From assembly GCA_965206595.1 (NCBI GenBank), contig OZ242214.1:128001-192000 (forward strand): a stretch of 64,000 nt of DNA. The letters run 5' to 3'. The first letter of the stretch is position 1. Each line of letters begins with the position of its first letter. Positions 48,953 through 61,616 of the stretch are shown piece by piece. The translations under genes were made by a program, and so were the position numbers. The notes under the pieces are model-generated. The model saw nothing but the letters and a program-made list of their open reading frames with translations, made no database searches and had not been told where the DNA came from. The DNA comes from Candidatus Latescibacterota bacterium (GTDB lineage: Bacteria; Latescibacterota; UBA2968; UBA8231).

Positions 48953-49770
48953 TCGCTGACGAACTCATCCTCTTCAAGCTGTTCGGGTTTTTGCCGGTTT
49001 CTGTGTTCTCCATCGCCGACATCGCCATCGTTGCCTTCATCTTCTACCGCCTCCTGAATCTGATCCGCGGCACCCCTGCGGCGCAGATGCTGGTCGGGTT
49101 GTTCCTGCTGGTGACCATCGCCCTCGCCGCCCACTGGCAGGAGCTGACGGCGACCTCATACCTCTTGGAGCAGGTGCAGTCGATCCTCATCATCCTGCTG
49201 GTCATCGTATTTCAGCCCGAGCTGCGCCGCATGCTGCTAGTTCTCGGTCAGAGCCCACTGCTGAGGTGGTTCTACAAAACGGAGCCGTCTCGCGTGATCG
49301 ACGAAATCGCTAGCGGCGCCGAGCAGCTTGCTTCGAACGGATATGGAGCCCTGATCGTCATCGGCAGGGAGGCGGGCCTGCAATCGGTTATCGAATCTGG
49401 CGTGCCGCTGGATGCGAAGGTATCGGCGGACCTGCTGACCACGATTTTCACTCCCCGCTCACCCCTCCACGACCAGGCGGTGGTGGTGCTGGGAGAAACG
49501 CTGGTAGCTGCCCGCTGTACTCTTCCGCTCGCAGACAAGGTGGCGGACCAGAGGCTCGGGACCCGGCACCGGGCCGCCCTCGGCCTTTCCCAGGAGACGG
49601 ATGCGATCACCGTGGTGGTCTCCGAGGAATCCCGGGCCATCTCGCTGACCGCCGGAGGTGGTTTGTACCGAGGCCTGGACGCGAGAGAGCTCAGGCGCCG
49701 TCTGACCGAGCTGATGTCCACCTGGGGACAATCCTCCGTCCAGCCGGAAGAGCTGGCGATCGAGCCCTGA
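48949..49770 (+). CDS. dacA: Diadenylate cyclase CdaA/DacA-like (DQA variant of the DGA motif)
   Basis: Three TM helices, VFQPELRR, GALIV, PLHDQA, GTRHRAA, VVSEE; GTGA overlap with folP. Confidence 0.9.
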   Translation: MIADELILFKLFGFLPVSVFSIADIAIVAFIFYRLLNLIRGTPAAQMLVGLFLLVTIALAAHWQELTATSYLLEQVQSILIILLVIVFQPELRRMLLVLGQSPLLRWFYKTEPSRVIDEIASGAEQLASNGYGALIVIGREAGLQSVIESGVPLDAKVSADLLTTIFTPRSPLHDQAVVVLGETLVAARCTLPLADKVADQRLGTRHRAALGLSQETDAITVVVSEESRAISLTAGGGLYRGLDARELRRRLTELMSTWGQSSVQPEELAIEP

Positions 49771-49807
49771 TCCCCCCCCCTGGCCGTCCGGTTCCCCCAG
49801 CCCCGGA

Positions 49808-49871
49808 TTGACAGCCTCAGGGGCAGGAATAGGTTATAATCTTTATTCATCGTTTTGAATAATTATTGACC
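49808..49871 (+). promoter_or_regulatory. arg operon promoter with tandem ARG boxes
   Basis: TTGACA at 49808; ATAAT-N4-ATTCA (49836-49849) and TGAAT-N4-ATTGA (49856-49869) match TGAAT-N4-ATTCA, directly upstream of argR. Confidence 0.75.
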
Positions 49872-49914
49872 GACGCATGAGCGGTCACGGACGGTTGGAC
49901 TCTTCTTAAGGACC

Positions 49915-50400
49915 ATGAAGGCCAAGGAACTGCGGCAGGCCAGGATCAGGGAACTGCTGGAGCGGGACCTGATCGACACGCACGAAAAAATGGCGCGCGC
50001 CCTTGCCGGGGTGTCGATCGAGGTGAGCCAGTCGACCCTGTCGAAGGACCTGCGCGAGCTGGGGGTAGTTCGCGTGCCTCGGCCCGAGGGCGGGTTCCGC
50101 TACGCCTTGCCGGAGGCAGGGGTCACGCTTCGCGATCGCCGGATCCTCGAAAGGGAGCTGGGCGACTACCTGCTCGGGGTGGACCGGGCCGAAAACATGG
50201 TCGTCATCAAGACCGTATCCGGGCACGCTCAGTCTGTTTGCGAAGCGATCGATCGCATGGGCTGGGAGGAAATAATGGGCACCCTGGCGGGAGAGAACAC
50301 GATCTTCGCCCTGGCGCGCACGGCCGAGGATGGTTGCCGGATCGCCGGCCGGCTGGAGCGCACCGGCCCGGCCGCGGAAAGCCGCGGGGATGAGCCGTGA
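49915..50400 (+). CDS. argR: Arginine repressor
   Basis: VSQSTLSKDLRELG, VVIKTVSGHA, GTLAGENTIF. Confidence 0.95.
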   Translation: MKAKELRQARIRELLERDLIDTHEKMARALAGVSIEVSQSTLSKDLRELGVVRVPRPEGGFRYALPEAGVTLRDRRILERELGDYLLGVDRAENMVVIKTVSGHAQSVCEAIDRMGWEEIMGTLAGENTIFALARTAEDGCRIAGRLERTGPAAESRGDEP

Positions 50401-51281
50401 CAAGCCTGCAGACCTATATCGACAAGGCGGCCATTCTCGTCGAGGCCCTGCCCTACATCCAGGAGTTTCGCGGCAAGACCGTGGTGGTCAAGTACGGGGG
50501 AAGCATCGGCACCGGTGCGCCGGGGGAGGACAGGATCCTCAAAGATATCGTGTTCATGGAGCACGTCGGCATCAACCCGGTGGTCGTGCACGGAGGAGGC
50601 CCGGCGATAGACCGGCGGCTCAGGGAGCTGAATATCAAGACGCGCCGCGTCAACGGATTGAGGATCACCGACGCCGAGACGATGAAGGTCGTGGAGGAGA
50701 CCCTGTTCGGGGTGGTCAACGCAGCCATCGTCGGACAGCTCGAACGCCTCGGGGGGCGGGCGGCCGGCGTTTCCGCCAAGGAGGCCGGCATCATGCACGT
50801 CAGCAGGCACACCCCCCGGGACGGAAACGGAGCCGCGCTCGACATCGGCTACGTCGGCGAGGTCGAGCGCATGGATCCTGCCCCGATCGAGGAGTTGATC
50901 GCCGATGGCATGATTCCGGTGGTGGCGCCGATCGGCAGGGGGGCGGAAGGGGAATCGTACAACGTCAACGCCGATACCGCAGCCGGGGAGATCGCCGCGG
51001 TGCTGCGAGCGGAGAAGCTGGTTTTTCTCACCGACGTCATGGGGATCATGCGCAACCCGGCCGACGCTTCCACCCTGATGTCGACGGTGCGCGTAGACGA
51101 GGTCGAGGGACTGATTTCCTCCGGGGTCATCGCCGGGGGCATGATCCCCAAGGTTCGCGCCTGCGTTCACTCGGTGCGCGCAGGGGTGCGCAAGACTCAC
51201 GTCGTGGAGGGGCGTATTCCGCACTCCATGCTACTCGAGGTTTTCACCGACGAAGGAATAGGCACCCAGATCCTGCAGTAG
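50397..51281 (+). CDS. argB: Acetylglutamate kinase
   Basis: EALPYI, VVKYGG, VHGGGP, GLRITD, NVNAD, GGMIPK. Confidence 0.97.
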   Translation: MTSLQTYIDKAAILVEALPYIQEFRGKTVVVKYGGSIGTGAPGEDRILKDIVFMEHVGINPVVVHGGGPAIDRRLRELNIKTRRVNGLRITDAETMKVVEETLFGVVNAAIVGQLERLGGRAAGVSAKEAGIMHVSRHTPRDGNGAALDIGYVGEVERMDPAPIEELIADGMIPVVAPIGRGAEGESYNVNADTAAGEIAAVLRAEKLVFLTDVMGIMRNPADASTLMSTVRVDEVEGLISSGVIAGGMIPKVRACVHSVRAGVRKTHVVEGRIPHSMLLEVFTDEGIGTQILQ

Positions 51282-51315
51282 GAAAATCAAACCGCAATCA
51301 CCGGGAGCAGACGAC

Positions 51316-52512
51316 ATGAGGACCGACAAGGTAGTAGAGGGAGAAAAACGGTACATCCTGCAAACCTACGGGCGGCCCGACTTCGTCCTCGAAAGAGGCA
51401 ACGGGGTTTACCTGTTCGACCTCGACGGCAACCGCTACCTCGACTTTGTCAGCGGGCTGGCCGTCAACGCGCTCGGCTACGGCGACTACGACGTGCTGAA
51501 AGCGATCGATGAGCAGGCCGCCCTGCTGATCCACTGCTCCAACCTGTATCACACCGTCCCTTCGACGGGGCTCGCGAAGGTCCTGGTCGAAAGCTCGTTC
51601 GCGGACCGCGCCTTTTTCTGCAACAGCGGGACCGAGGCTTGGGAAGCGTCGCTGAAGTTCTGCCGCAAGTGGGGAAACACGCGGCCTGGAAAGCCGCGAA
51701 ACAGGTTGATCGCCTTCAACAATTCCTTCCACGGCCGCACCTACGGCTCGCTTTCGACGACGGGACAACCGAAGTACCACAAGGGGTTCGAGCCGATGCT
51801 TCCCGGCATCGATTTCGCCCATTTCAACGACCTTTCGTCGGTCGAGAAGCTGGCCACCGACGAGACCGCCGCGGTTCTCGTGGAGCCGCTGCAGGCGGAG
51901 GGGGGGATCCACGTGGCCTCGAACGAGTTCCTGAGCGGCCTGCGACAGCTGTGCGACGAGCGCGGGATGCTCCTCGTGTTCGACGAGATTCAGGTCGGAA
52001 TGGGCCGCACCGGGTCGCTGTGGGCATACCAGCAGTACGGGGTGGAGCCCGATATCATGACCCTTGCCAAGGCGCTCGGGGGCGGCCTGCCGATCGGCGT
52101 CTCGCTGCTGCGGCAGAAGGTCGCCGACGCCATCGAACCGGGTGACCACGCCGCGACCTTCGGGGCCAACCCGGTCGCCTGCGCTGCGGCGCTGAAGGTC
52201 ATGGAGAAGATGATGGCCGAGGGGTTCTTGGATGGGGTGCGGGAAAAGGGGGAGCAACTGCGAGCCGGCCTGGAGAAGCTGCACCAGCGCTGGCCGGACC
52301 GGATCGGCGAGGTCAGGGGGCGGGGCCTGATCCAGGGAGCGTTGGTCACCGCCAAGCCGGCAGCCGACTACCTGGCCGCCTTCCGGAAACGCAACATCCT
52401 CGTCGCTCCCTGCGGCACCGACATAGTACGCTTCCTGCCTCCCCTGGTCATCGACAAGGAGCAGATCGACGAGGCCGTCGACGTTTTCGACGAGGTCCTG
52501 AGGCAGGAATAG
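51316..52512 (+). CDS. argD: Acetylornithine aminotransferase
   Basis: FFCNSGTEA, SFHGRT, FDEIQVGMGRTG, AKALGGG; arg operon context. Confidence 0.95.
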   Translation: MRTDKVVEGEKRYILQTYGRPDFVLERGNGVYLFDLDGNRYLDFVSGLAVNALGYGDYDVLKAIDEQAALLIHCSNLYHTVPSTGLAKVLVESSFADRAFFCNSGTEAWEASLKFCRKWGNTRPGKPRNRLIAFNNSFHGRTYGSLSTTGQPKYHKGFEPMLPGIDFAHFNDLSSVEKLATDETAAVLVEPLQAEGGIHVASNEFLSGLRQLCDERGMLLVFDEIQVGMGRTGSLWAYQQYGVEPDIMTLAKALGGGLPIGVSLLRQKVADAIEPGDHAATFGANPVACAAALKVMEKMMAEGFLDGVREKGEQLRAGLEKLHQRWPDRIGEVRGRGLIQGALVTAKPAADYLAAFRKRNILVAPCGTDIVRFLPPLVIDKEQIDEAVDVFDEVLRQE

Positions 52513-52526
52513 AGCCGGTTTCCGAG

Positions 52527-53924
<1,398 letters not shown>

Positions 53925-53931
53925 GCGCGGC

Positions 53932-55317
53932 ATGCCGCACCGTCGCGATGTCCGCGTAACCGCGGCCTCCCTGTATTTTCTGCCGGTGGAGACGCGGGTG
54001 CCGCTGAAGTTCGGCCCCGAGACCCTGACTCACGTCACCTGCGCGCGGGCGGCGGTCGAGGTGGTGGGCGACACCGGGGAGACCGCCGTGGGCTGGGGCG
54101 AGACGCCGCTGAGCGTGCAATGGGTGTGGCCGAGCGACCGCCTGGGCTACGAGGAGCGCCACCAGTCCCTGAAAAGGTTCTGCATCGATCTGGCTGCGGA
54201 GTGGTCGGGGTACGAGACCTCGGGCCACCCCCTGGAGATCGGTCGCCGCTTTCAGGAGGAGCGCCTGGAAAAGGCGCTGGCAGGGCACAACCGCGGGCGC
54301 GAAGAGTACCTGCCGTATCTCGCGGCCCTGGTCTGCTTCTCACCCTTCGACATCGCCCTTCACGACGCCTACGGCAGGCTGCACGGCCTGCCGACCTACG
54401 AGACCTACGGCGGCGCGTTTATGAACTCCGATCTCGCCGATTTCCTCGAGCCGGCCGCGGCCGGGGTCGACTTCGCCGGCACTCACCCGGCGGACTACCT
54501 GCGGCCGCGGCAGAACCGCCTGCCGGCATGGCATCTCGTCGGCGGGCTCGATCCGCTGGACAGGTCGGAGCTCACCGGCGACGAGCCGGAGGACGGCTAC
54601 CCGGTGCTGCTCCGGGACTGGATTCGCACCGACGGGCTGACCTGCCTGAAGGTCAAGCTGCGCGGCAACGACGAGGCGTGGGATTTCGAGCGCCTGCGCA
54701 AGGTCGGGGAGATCGCCGTCGATGGCGAGGCGAGCTGGCTCTCGGCCGACTTCAATTGCACGGTCACCGATCCCCAATACGTCAACGGGATTCTCGACAG
54801 GCTGATGATGGAGCACCCGCGCATCTACGGCATGATCCTCTATGTCGAGCAGCCGTTTCCGTACGATCTCGAGGAGCACGCCATCGACGTTCACGGCGTC
54901 GCCGCCCGCAAGCCGCTGTTCATGGATGAAAGCGCTCACGACTGGCGCCTCGTCCGCCGCGGCAGGGAGCTCGGGTGGACGGGAGTGGCCCTGAAGACCT
55001 GCAAGACGCAGACCGGGGCGCTGCTGAGCCTGTGCTGGGCACGGGCCCACGGAATGACCCTGATGGTCCAGGACCTCACCAACCCGATGCTCGCCCAGAT
55101 ACCCCACGCCCTGCTGGCGGCTCACGCCGGGACCATCATGGGGGTCGAGACCAACAGCATGCAGTTCTACCCTGCCGCCTCGGCCCCCGAGGCCACGGTG
55201 CATCCGGGCGTCTACCGACGGCGCGGTGGCGAGATCGACATGACCTCGGTCCGCGGCCCCGGATTCGGGTACGGTCTCGACCGCATACGCCGGGATCTGC
55301 CCCAACCCTCCGCGTAA
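53932..55317 (+). CDS. Enolase-superfamily (mandelate racemase/MLE-like) protein
   Basis: KxK motif (LKVKL), ADFN, VEQP, MDES, ALKTCK. Confidence 0.85.
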   Translation: MPHRRDVRVTAASLYFLPVETRVPLKFGPETLTHVTCARAAVEVVGDTGETAVGWGETPLSVQWVWPSDRLGYEERHQSLKRFCIDLAAEWSGYETSGHPLEIGRRFQEERLEKALAGHNRGREEYLPYLAALVCFSPFDIALHDAYGRLHGLPTYETYGGAFMNSDLADFLEPAAAGVDFAGTHPADYLRPRQNRLPAWHLVGGLDPLDRSELTGDEPEDGYPVLLRDWIRTDGLTCLKVKLRGNDEAWDFERLRKVGEIAVDGEASWLSADFNCTVTDPQYVNGILDRLMMEHPRIYGMILYVEQPFPYDLEEHAIDVHGVAARKPLFMDESAHDWRLVRRGRELGWTGVALKTCKTQTGALLSLCWARAHGMTLMVQDLTNPMLAQIPHALLAAHAGTIMGVETNSMQFYPAASAPEATVHPGVYRRRGGEIDMTSVRGPGFGYGLDRIRRDLPQPSA

Positions 55318-55330
55318 AGGAAGCGCTTCC

Positions 55331-56773
55331 ATGGCCGAGGCGATCGCTCTCAAGGAGACGCGCTTCTACATGCGCAACGTGCGCACCCGCATGCCGTTCA
55401 AGTACGGCGCGGCGACGCTCGTCTCGGTGCCGATCCTGCACGTCGGCGTCACCGCGGAGCTCGGAGACAGCACCCCAGCGCGCGGCTGGGCGGCCGACAT
55501 CCTGCCGCCGAAGTGGTTCGACAAGGATCCGGCAAAGGAGTACGAGGAGAACGTCGGCGATCTGATCGCCATGGCGCGCGCCGCGGGCGAGGCGTACGGC
55601 GAAGCCAGCCTTCGCCCCCGCTCGCTGTTCGCCGTCTGGAGCGACGGCTATGAGACGACCCTGGAGGCGGGGCGCAGGGCCGGCCTCAACCCGCTTACCG
55701 CCGGGCACGGCAGCAGCCTGTTCGAACGAGCCCTGATCGACGCCATCGGGACGGCGCGCGGCCTTCCGTACCACCAACTCCTGCGGAGGGATGCCCTCGG
55801 GATCGAACTGTCCGCCCTGCACGGGGAGCTGCAGGGGGTCTCCGTTTCCCAGGCGGTCCCCGCCCGGCCGCTGGGATCCGCGGCCGTCCGCCACACCGTC
55901 GGCATGGCCGATCCGATCCGCAGCAACGAGATCACGGAGGAGGAGCGCCTCGACGACGGGCTCCCGCAGGCCTTGGAGGAATACATCGAGCAGGGGATCC
56001 GCTACCTGAAGATCAAGCTCGGCGGTGTCCTCGAAAGCGACCTGGAGCGCCTGAGGCAGATCGCCGAAGCGCTCGCCGGAGACCGGGAATTCTCCGTGTC
56101 GCTGGATGGCAACGAGCAGTACGAACATCCGGATGAGCTGCTCGAGCTGTTGCGGGCGATGCGCGGCGACCGCAGGCTGCGTGGGCTCTACGAGTCCGTG
56201 ATCTACATCGAGCAGCCCCTCGACCGCGGCCGCGCGCTGGATGGGGACCTCGCCGAGGGTATCCGCGCGCTTTCCGAGCTCAAGCCGGTCGTCATCGACG
56301 AGTCGGACGACGCCTTGGACTCTTTTTCGCGGGCAGCCGGGATCGGATACAACGGCGTCTCGGCAAAAAACTGCAAGGGCCTTATCAAGGCGATCGCCAA
56401 CCTCGCCCTGACCATCAAGTTCGGCGCGGATTCCGGCGCCCCCTTCATGGTGACCGCAGAAGACCTGATGAATCTTCCGGTAGTGCCACTGCAGCAGGAT
56501 CTGGCGCAGGTCGCAGCGCTCGGTATCCGCCATGTCGAGCGCAACGGCCATCACTACGTGCGCGGTCTCGACCACCTCAGCGAGGCGGAGAGGGCAGGCT
56601 GCGAGCGGGCTCACGCGGGGCTGTATCGCCGGGAGGGGGGGATGACGAGGCTCGACATCCGCGGCGGCCGCATCGACCTGAGATCGCTCCAGGTCCCCGG
56701 GCTCGGCGTCGGCGTGAAGGTGGACTGGGAGACGATGGTGCCCCTGGATCAGTGGCGCTTCGACTCGTTATAG
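55331..56773 (+). CDS. Enolase-superfamily (mandelate racemase/MLE-like) protein, second
   Basis: LKIKL, LDGNE, IEQP, IDES, SAKNCKG. Confidence 0.85.
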   Translation: MAEAIALKETRFYMRNVRTRMPFKYGAATLVSVPILHVGVTAELGDSTPARGWAADILPPKWFDKDPAKEYEENVGDLIAMARAAGEAYGEASLRPRSLFAVWSDGYETTLEAGRRAGLNPLTAGHGSSLFERALIDAIGTARGLPYHQLLRRDALGIELSALHGELQGVSVSQAVPARPLGSAAVRHTVGMADPIRSNEITEEERLDDGLPQALEEYIEQGIRYLKIKLGGVLESDLERLRQIAEALAGDREFSVSLDGNEQYEHPDELLELLRAMRGDRRLRGLYESVIYIEQPLDRGRALDGDLAEGIRALSELKPVVIDESDDALDSFSRAAGIGYNGVSAKNCKGLIKAIANLALTIKFGADSGAPFMVTAEDLMNLPVVPLQQDLAQVAALGIRHVERNGHHYVRGLDHLSEAERAGCERAHAGLYRREGGMTRLDIRGGRIDLRSLQVPGLGVGVKVDWETMVPLDQWRFDSL

Positions 56774-56861
56774 CGCCCGGCCCGCAATTCCCTGAACGGG
56801 GCCGTCGCGTCCCGCACGTGGTTCCATCCCGAACTGAAGCGGGACGGAGAAACCGCAGAGG

Positions 56862-59102
<2,241 letters not shown>

Positions 59103-59169
59103 CTATACTGCTCCGCTCGACAGATTCCAAGCTGACCTCCGCAACAAACCAAATATCGGACGTAGATCC

Positions 59170-60027
59170 TTGCAGAGCCTCTCCGCCTATTTCGAGCTCA
59201 CCAAACCGCGCATAACGATTCTCGTCCTGGTGACGACCGCCCTGGGATTTTTTCTCGGAGGCCGCGGCATTCACTCGGCCCCGCTGCTGGTCGTGACCCT
59301 GCTCGGCACGGCGCTGACCGCGGGAGGCTCGGCGGTCCTCAACCACTACTTCGAACGCGAGATCGATCGCTCGATGAGGCGCACGCGGTCGCGCCCGATT
59401 CCCATGGGGGTGATATCACCCGCTGCGGCCGTGTCGTACGGGCTTTGCCTGACTCTCGCGGGGCTCGTTCTCCTGATCAACACCGTCAACCTGATCACCG
59501 CCTTCCTCGCGCTGCTCACCGCCTTCCTCTACGTCGTGATCTACACGCCGATGAAACGGCTGACTTGGCTGAACACCTCCCTGGGCTCGATTCCCGGGGC
59601 CCTGCCTCCGGTCGGTGGATGGACCGCGGCGGCAGGCGAGCTCGAGCTCGGGGCCTGGGCGCTGTTCGCCATCCTGTTCGCCTGGCAGCATCCGCATTTC
59701 TACGCCATTGCCTTGATCTTCAGGGAGGACTACGCCCGCGCCGGCTTCAAGATGCTGCCCGTCCTCGAAAAGGACGGCAGGCGGACCTGCCGCCATATCG
59801 TCGCCTTCTCCATCCTGCTGCTCGCCGCCTCCACGGTCCCGGTGTTTCTCGGGCTTTCGGGATCGCTCTATCTCGCCGGCGCCCTCATCCTCGGTCTCGG
59901 CATGCTGGCGTCCGCGGTTGCCCTGAACGTCACCCGTTCCACCATCGAAGCGCGGCGGCTGCTGCGGGCATCCGTCCTCTATCTTCCTCTGCTGCTGTTG
60001 CTGACCGTCGTCGACGTCAGCTTCTGA
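59170..60027 (+). CDS. ctaB: Protoheme IX farnesyltransferase (heme O synthase)
   Basis: LTKPRI, DRSMRRTRSRP, YTPMKR, WQHPHF, REDYARAG; TTG at 59170. Confidence 0.93.
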   Translation: MQSLSAYFELTKPRITILVLVTTALGFFLGGRGIHSAPLLVVTLLGTALTAGGSAVLNHYFEREIDRSMRRTRSRPIPMGVISPAAAVSYGLCLTLAGLVLLINTVNLITAFLALLTAFLYVVIYTPMKRLTWLNTSLGSIPGALPPVGGWTAAAGELELGAWALFAILFAWQHPHFYAIALIFREDYARAGFKMLPVLEKDGRRTCRHIVAFSILLLAASTVPVFLGLSGSLYLAGALILGLGMLASAVALNVTRSTIEARRLLRASVLYLPLLLLLTVVDVSF

Positions 60028-60676
60028 GCCCCATCCCGGGCACCTGCCGCTTCGTTCGTTCCAGGAACCGCTCCGCCCCGGCCAGGTCTTCCGGCGTGTT
60101 GACGTTGGCGAAGGCCATGCCGTGAGGGTCGAGGTGGCCGTACTCCACGGGCGGCAGCAGGCACACCCGCAGGCGGCGAACAAACGCGCTGACCCCTAGG
60201 TTTCCCCCGGCCAGCGCCTGCTGCAGGAGAGGCCGGCAGGTATCGCGGTACACCGCGCACAGGGGTTGGAGGCCGGTACGGTCCTCGGGGACCGCGGCGT
60301 CGCAATCGGCCTCGGATTTCTCGAGCAGGAACTCCAGCATCGGGGCGGTGAGAAACGGAAGGTCGCATGCGAGGGCGAGGACCCGCTCCGGGGAGTCGGT
60401 TTCGAAGGCGGTGAGAAGGCCCCCGAGGGGGCCCTGGCCGGGATAGTGGTCGCCGGTGATCCCCAGGTCGGATCCGGCCGCGGCAACGGCGCGCAGCTGT
60501 GGCGACGGGGCGGTTCCGGTGACGACGCGGATCGGCAGGCCGAGAGGCCGCACCGCGGTCATAACCCGTTCGAGCAGGGTGGCGCGGCCGAGCCGCAGCA
60601 GGGCCTTTTCGCCTCCACCCATTCTGCGGCTGCGCCCTCCGGCAAGGACGGCCACGACCGCGGAAGCTTTACCCAC
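60017..60676 (-). CDS. mobA: Molybdenum cofactor guanylyltransferase
   Basis: LAGGRSRRMG..K, GPLGG, ACDLP, QPLCAVY, NVNTPED; GTG at 60676. Confidence 0.9.
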   Translation of the reverse strand: MGKASAVVAVLAGGRSRRMGGGEKALLRLGRATLLERVMTAVRPLGLPIRVVTGTAPSPQLRAVAAAGSDLGITGDHYPGQGPLGGLLTAFETDSPERVLALACDLPFLTAPMLEFLLEKSEADCDAAVPEDRTGLQPLCAVYRDTCRPLLQQALAGGNLGVSAFVRRLRVCLLPPVEYGHLDPHGMAFANVNTPEDLAGAERFLERTKRQVPGMGLRS

Positions 60677-61448
60677 CTCGGTCCGGCGTCGAGGATCGCT
60701 TGTTGATGAGGGCCGCGGCGTACCCGGCGCCGTAGCCGTTGTCGATGTTGACGACGAGGACCCCGGAGGCACAGGAGTTTAACATCGCCAGCAGGGCGGC
60801 GAGTCCCTGGAAACTGGCGCCGTATCCGATGCTCGTCGGCACCGCGATCACGGGTGTTTCCACCAGCCCGCCGACGACGCTGGCCAGGGCCCCTTCCATT
60901 CCGGCGACGACGACCACCACCTCGGCCTCGCGCAGGCGCCCGGCGTGGGCGAGCAGCCTGTGGATGCCGGCGACGCCGACATCGAAAATCGTCTCGACGC
61001 GCGCGCCCATGACAGAGGCGGTCACCGCGGCTTCCCGGGCTACCGGTATGTCCGAGGTTCCGGCCGACACCACCAGGACGAGCCCCTTTTCCGGCAGCGG
61101 TTCGACCCCGGACGGGCGGACCACCACGGTGCGAGCCGAAGCATCGACCTCGGCGTCTTCGAAGCGGTCGGACATTGCGGTGGCGAGATCGCCGTCGACT
61201 CGCGTCGCCAGGACTACCGACTGCTTCGCCAGGATGCGGGCGGTTATTTCCACAACCTGGTCAACGGTCTTTCCCTCGCAGAAGATCGTTTCGGGAAAGC
61301 CCCGGCGAAGAACCCGGTGGTGATCGACGTGGGCGAACCCGCCGACCTCCTCGAATGGAAGGTCTTTCAGCCGTGAAAGCGCTTCCGCGGGGCTTACCCG
61401 TCCTGCCGCGACCCCGTCGAGAAGCTGGCGGAGCAGGTCGGCGTTCAT
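60669..61448 (-). CDS. larB: Nickel pincer cofactor biosynthesis protein LarB (PurE-like)
   Basis: DHHR..RRGFPE, AGTSD, DVGVAG, AGMEGAL, VPTSIGYG, NIDNGYGA. Confidence 0.92.
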   Translation of the reverse strand: MNADLLRQLLDGVAAGRVSPAEALSRLKDLPFEEVGGFAHVDHHRVLRRGFPETIFCEGKTVDQVVEITARILAKQSVVLATRVDGDLATAMSDRFEDAEVDASARTVVVRPSGVEPLPEKGLVLVVSAGTSDIPVAREAAVTASVMGARVETIFDVGVAGIHRLLAHAGRLREAEVVVVVAGMEGALASVVGGLVETPVIAVPTSIGYGASFQGLAALLAMLNSCASGVLVVNIDNGYGAGYAAALINKRSSTPDRGG

Positions 61449-61616
61449 ATCTCTTCAGGAGGCGGGAAGAACGCGGCCGCGCGCTTCCGCCAGGGGCACC
61501 CGGGGAAAAAAAGGGGAAGGTATCGGGGAATTTCCGGCATTCTTCGCCTTCGCTGGAGAAACCTCAAAGGGGGTGTATATGGCCGTGGTGCCGCGGCTTC
61601 ATGGAGACCTCGCGGG

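Noticed and set aside
49772-49780. C9 homopolymer as a phase-variation tract
   Set aside because: It is intergenic, after the dacA stop and upstream of the -35, so a length change has no evident effect.
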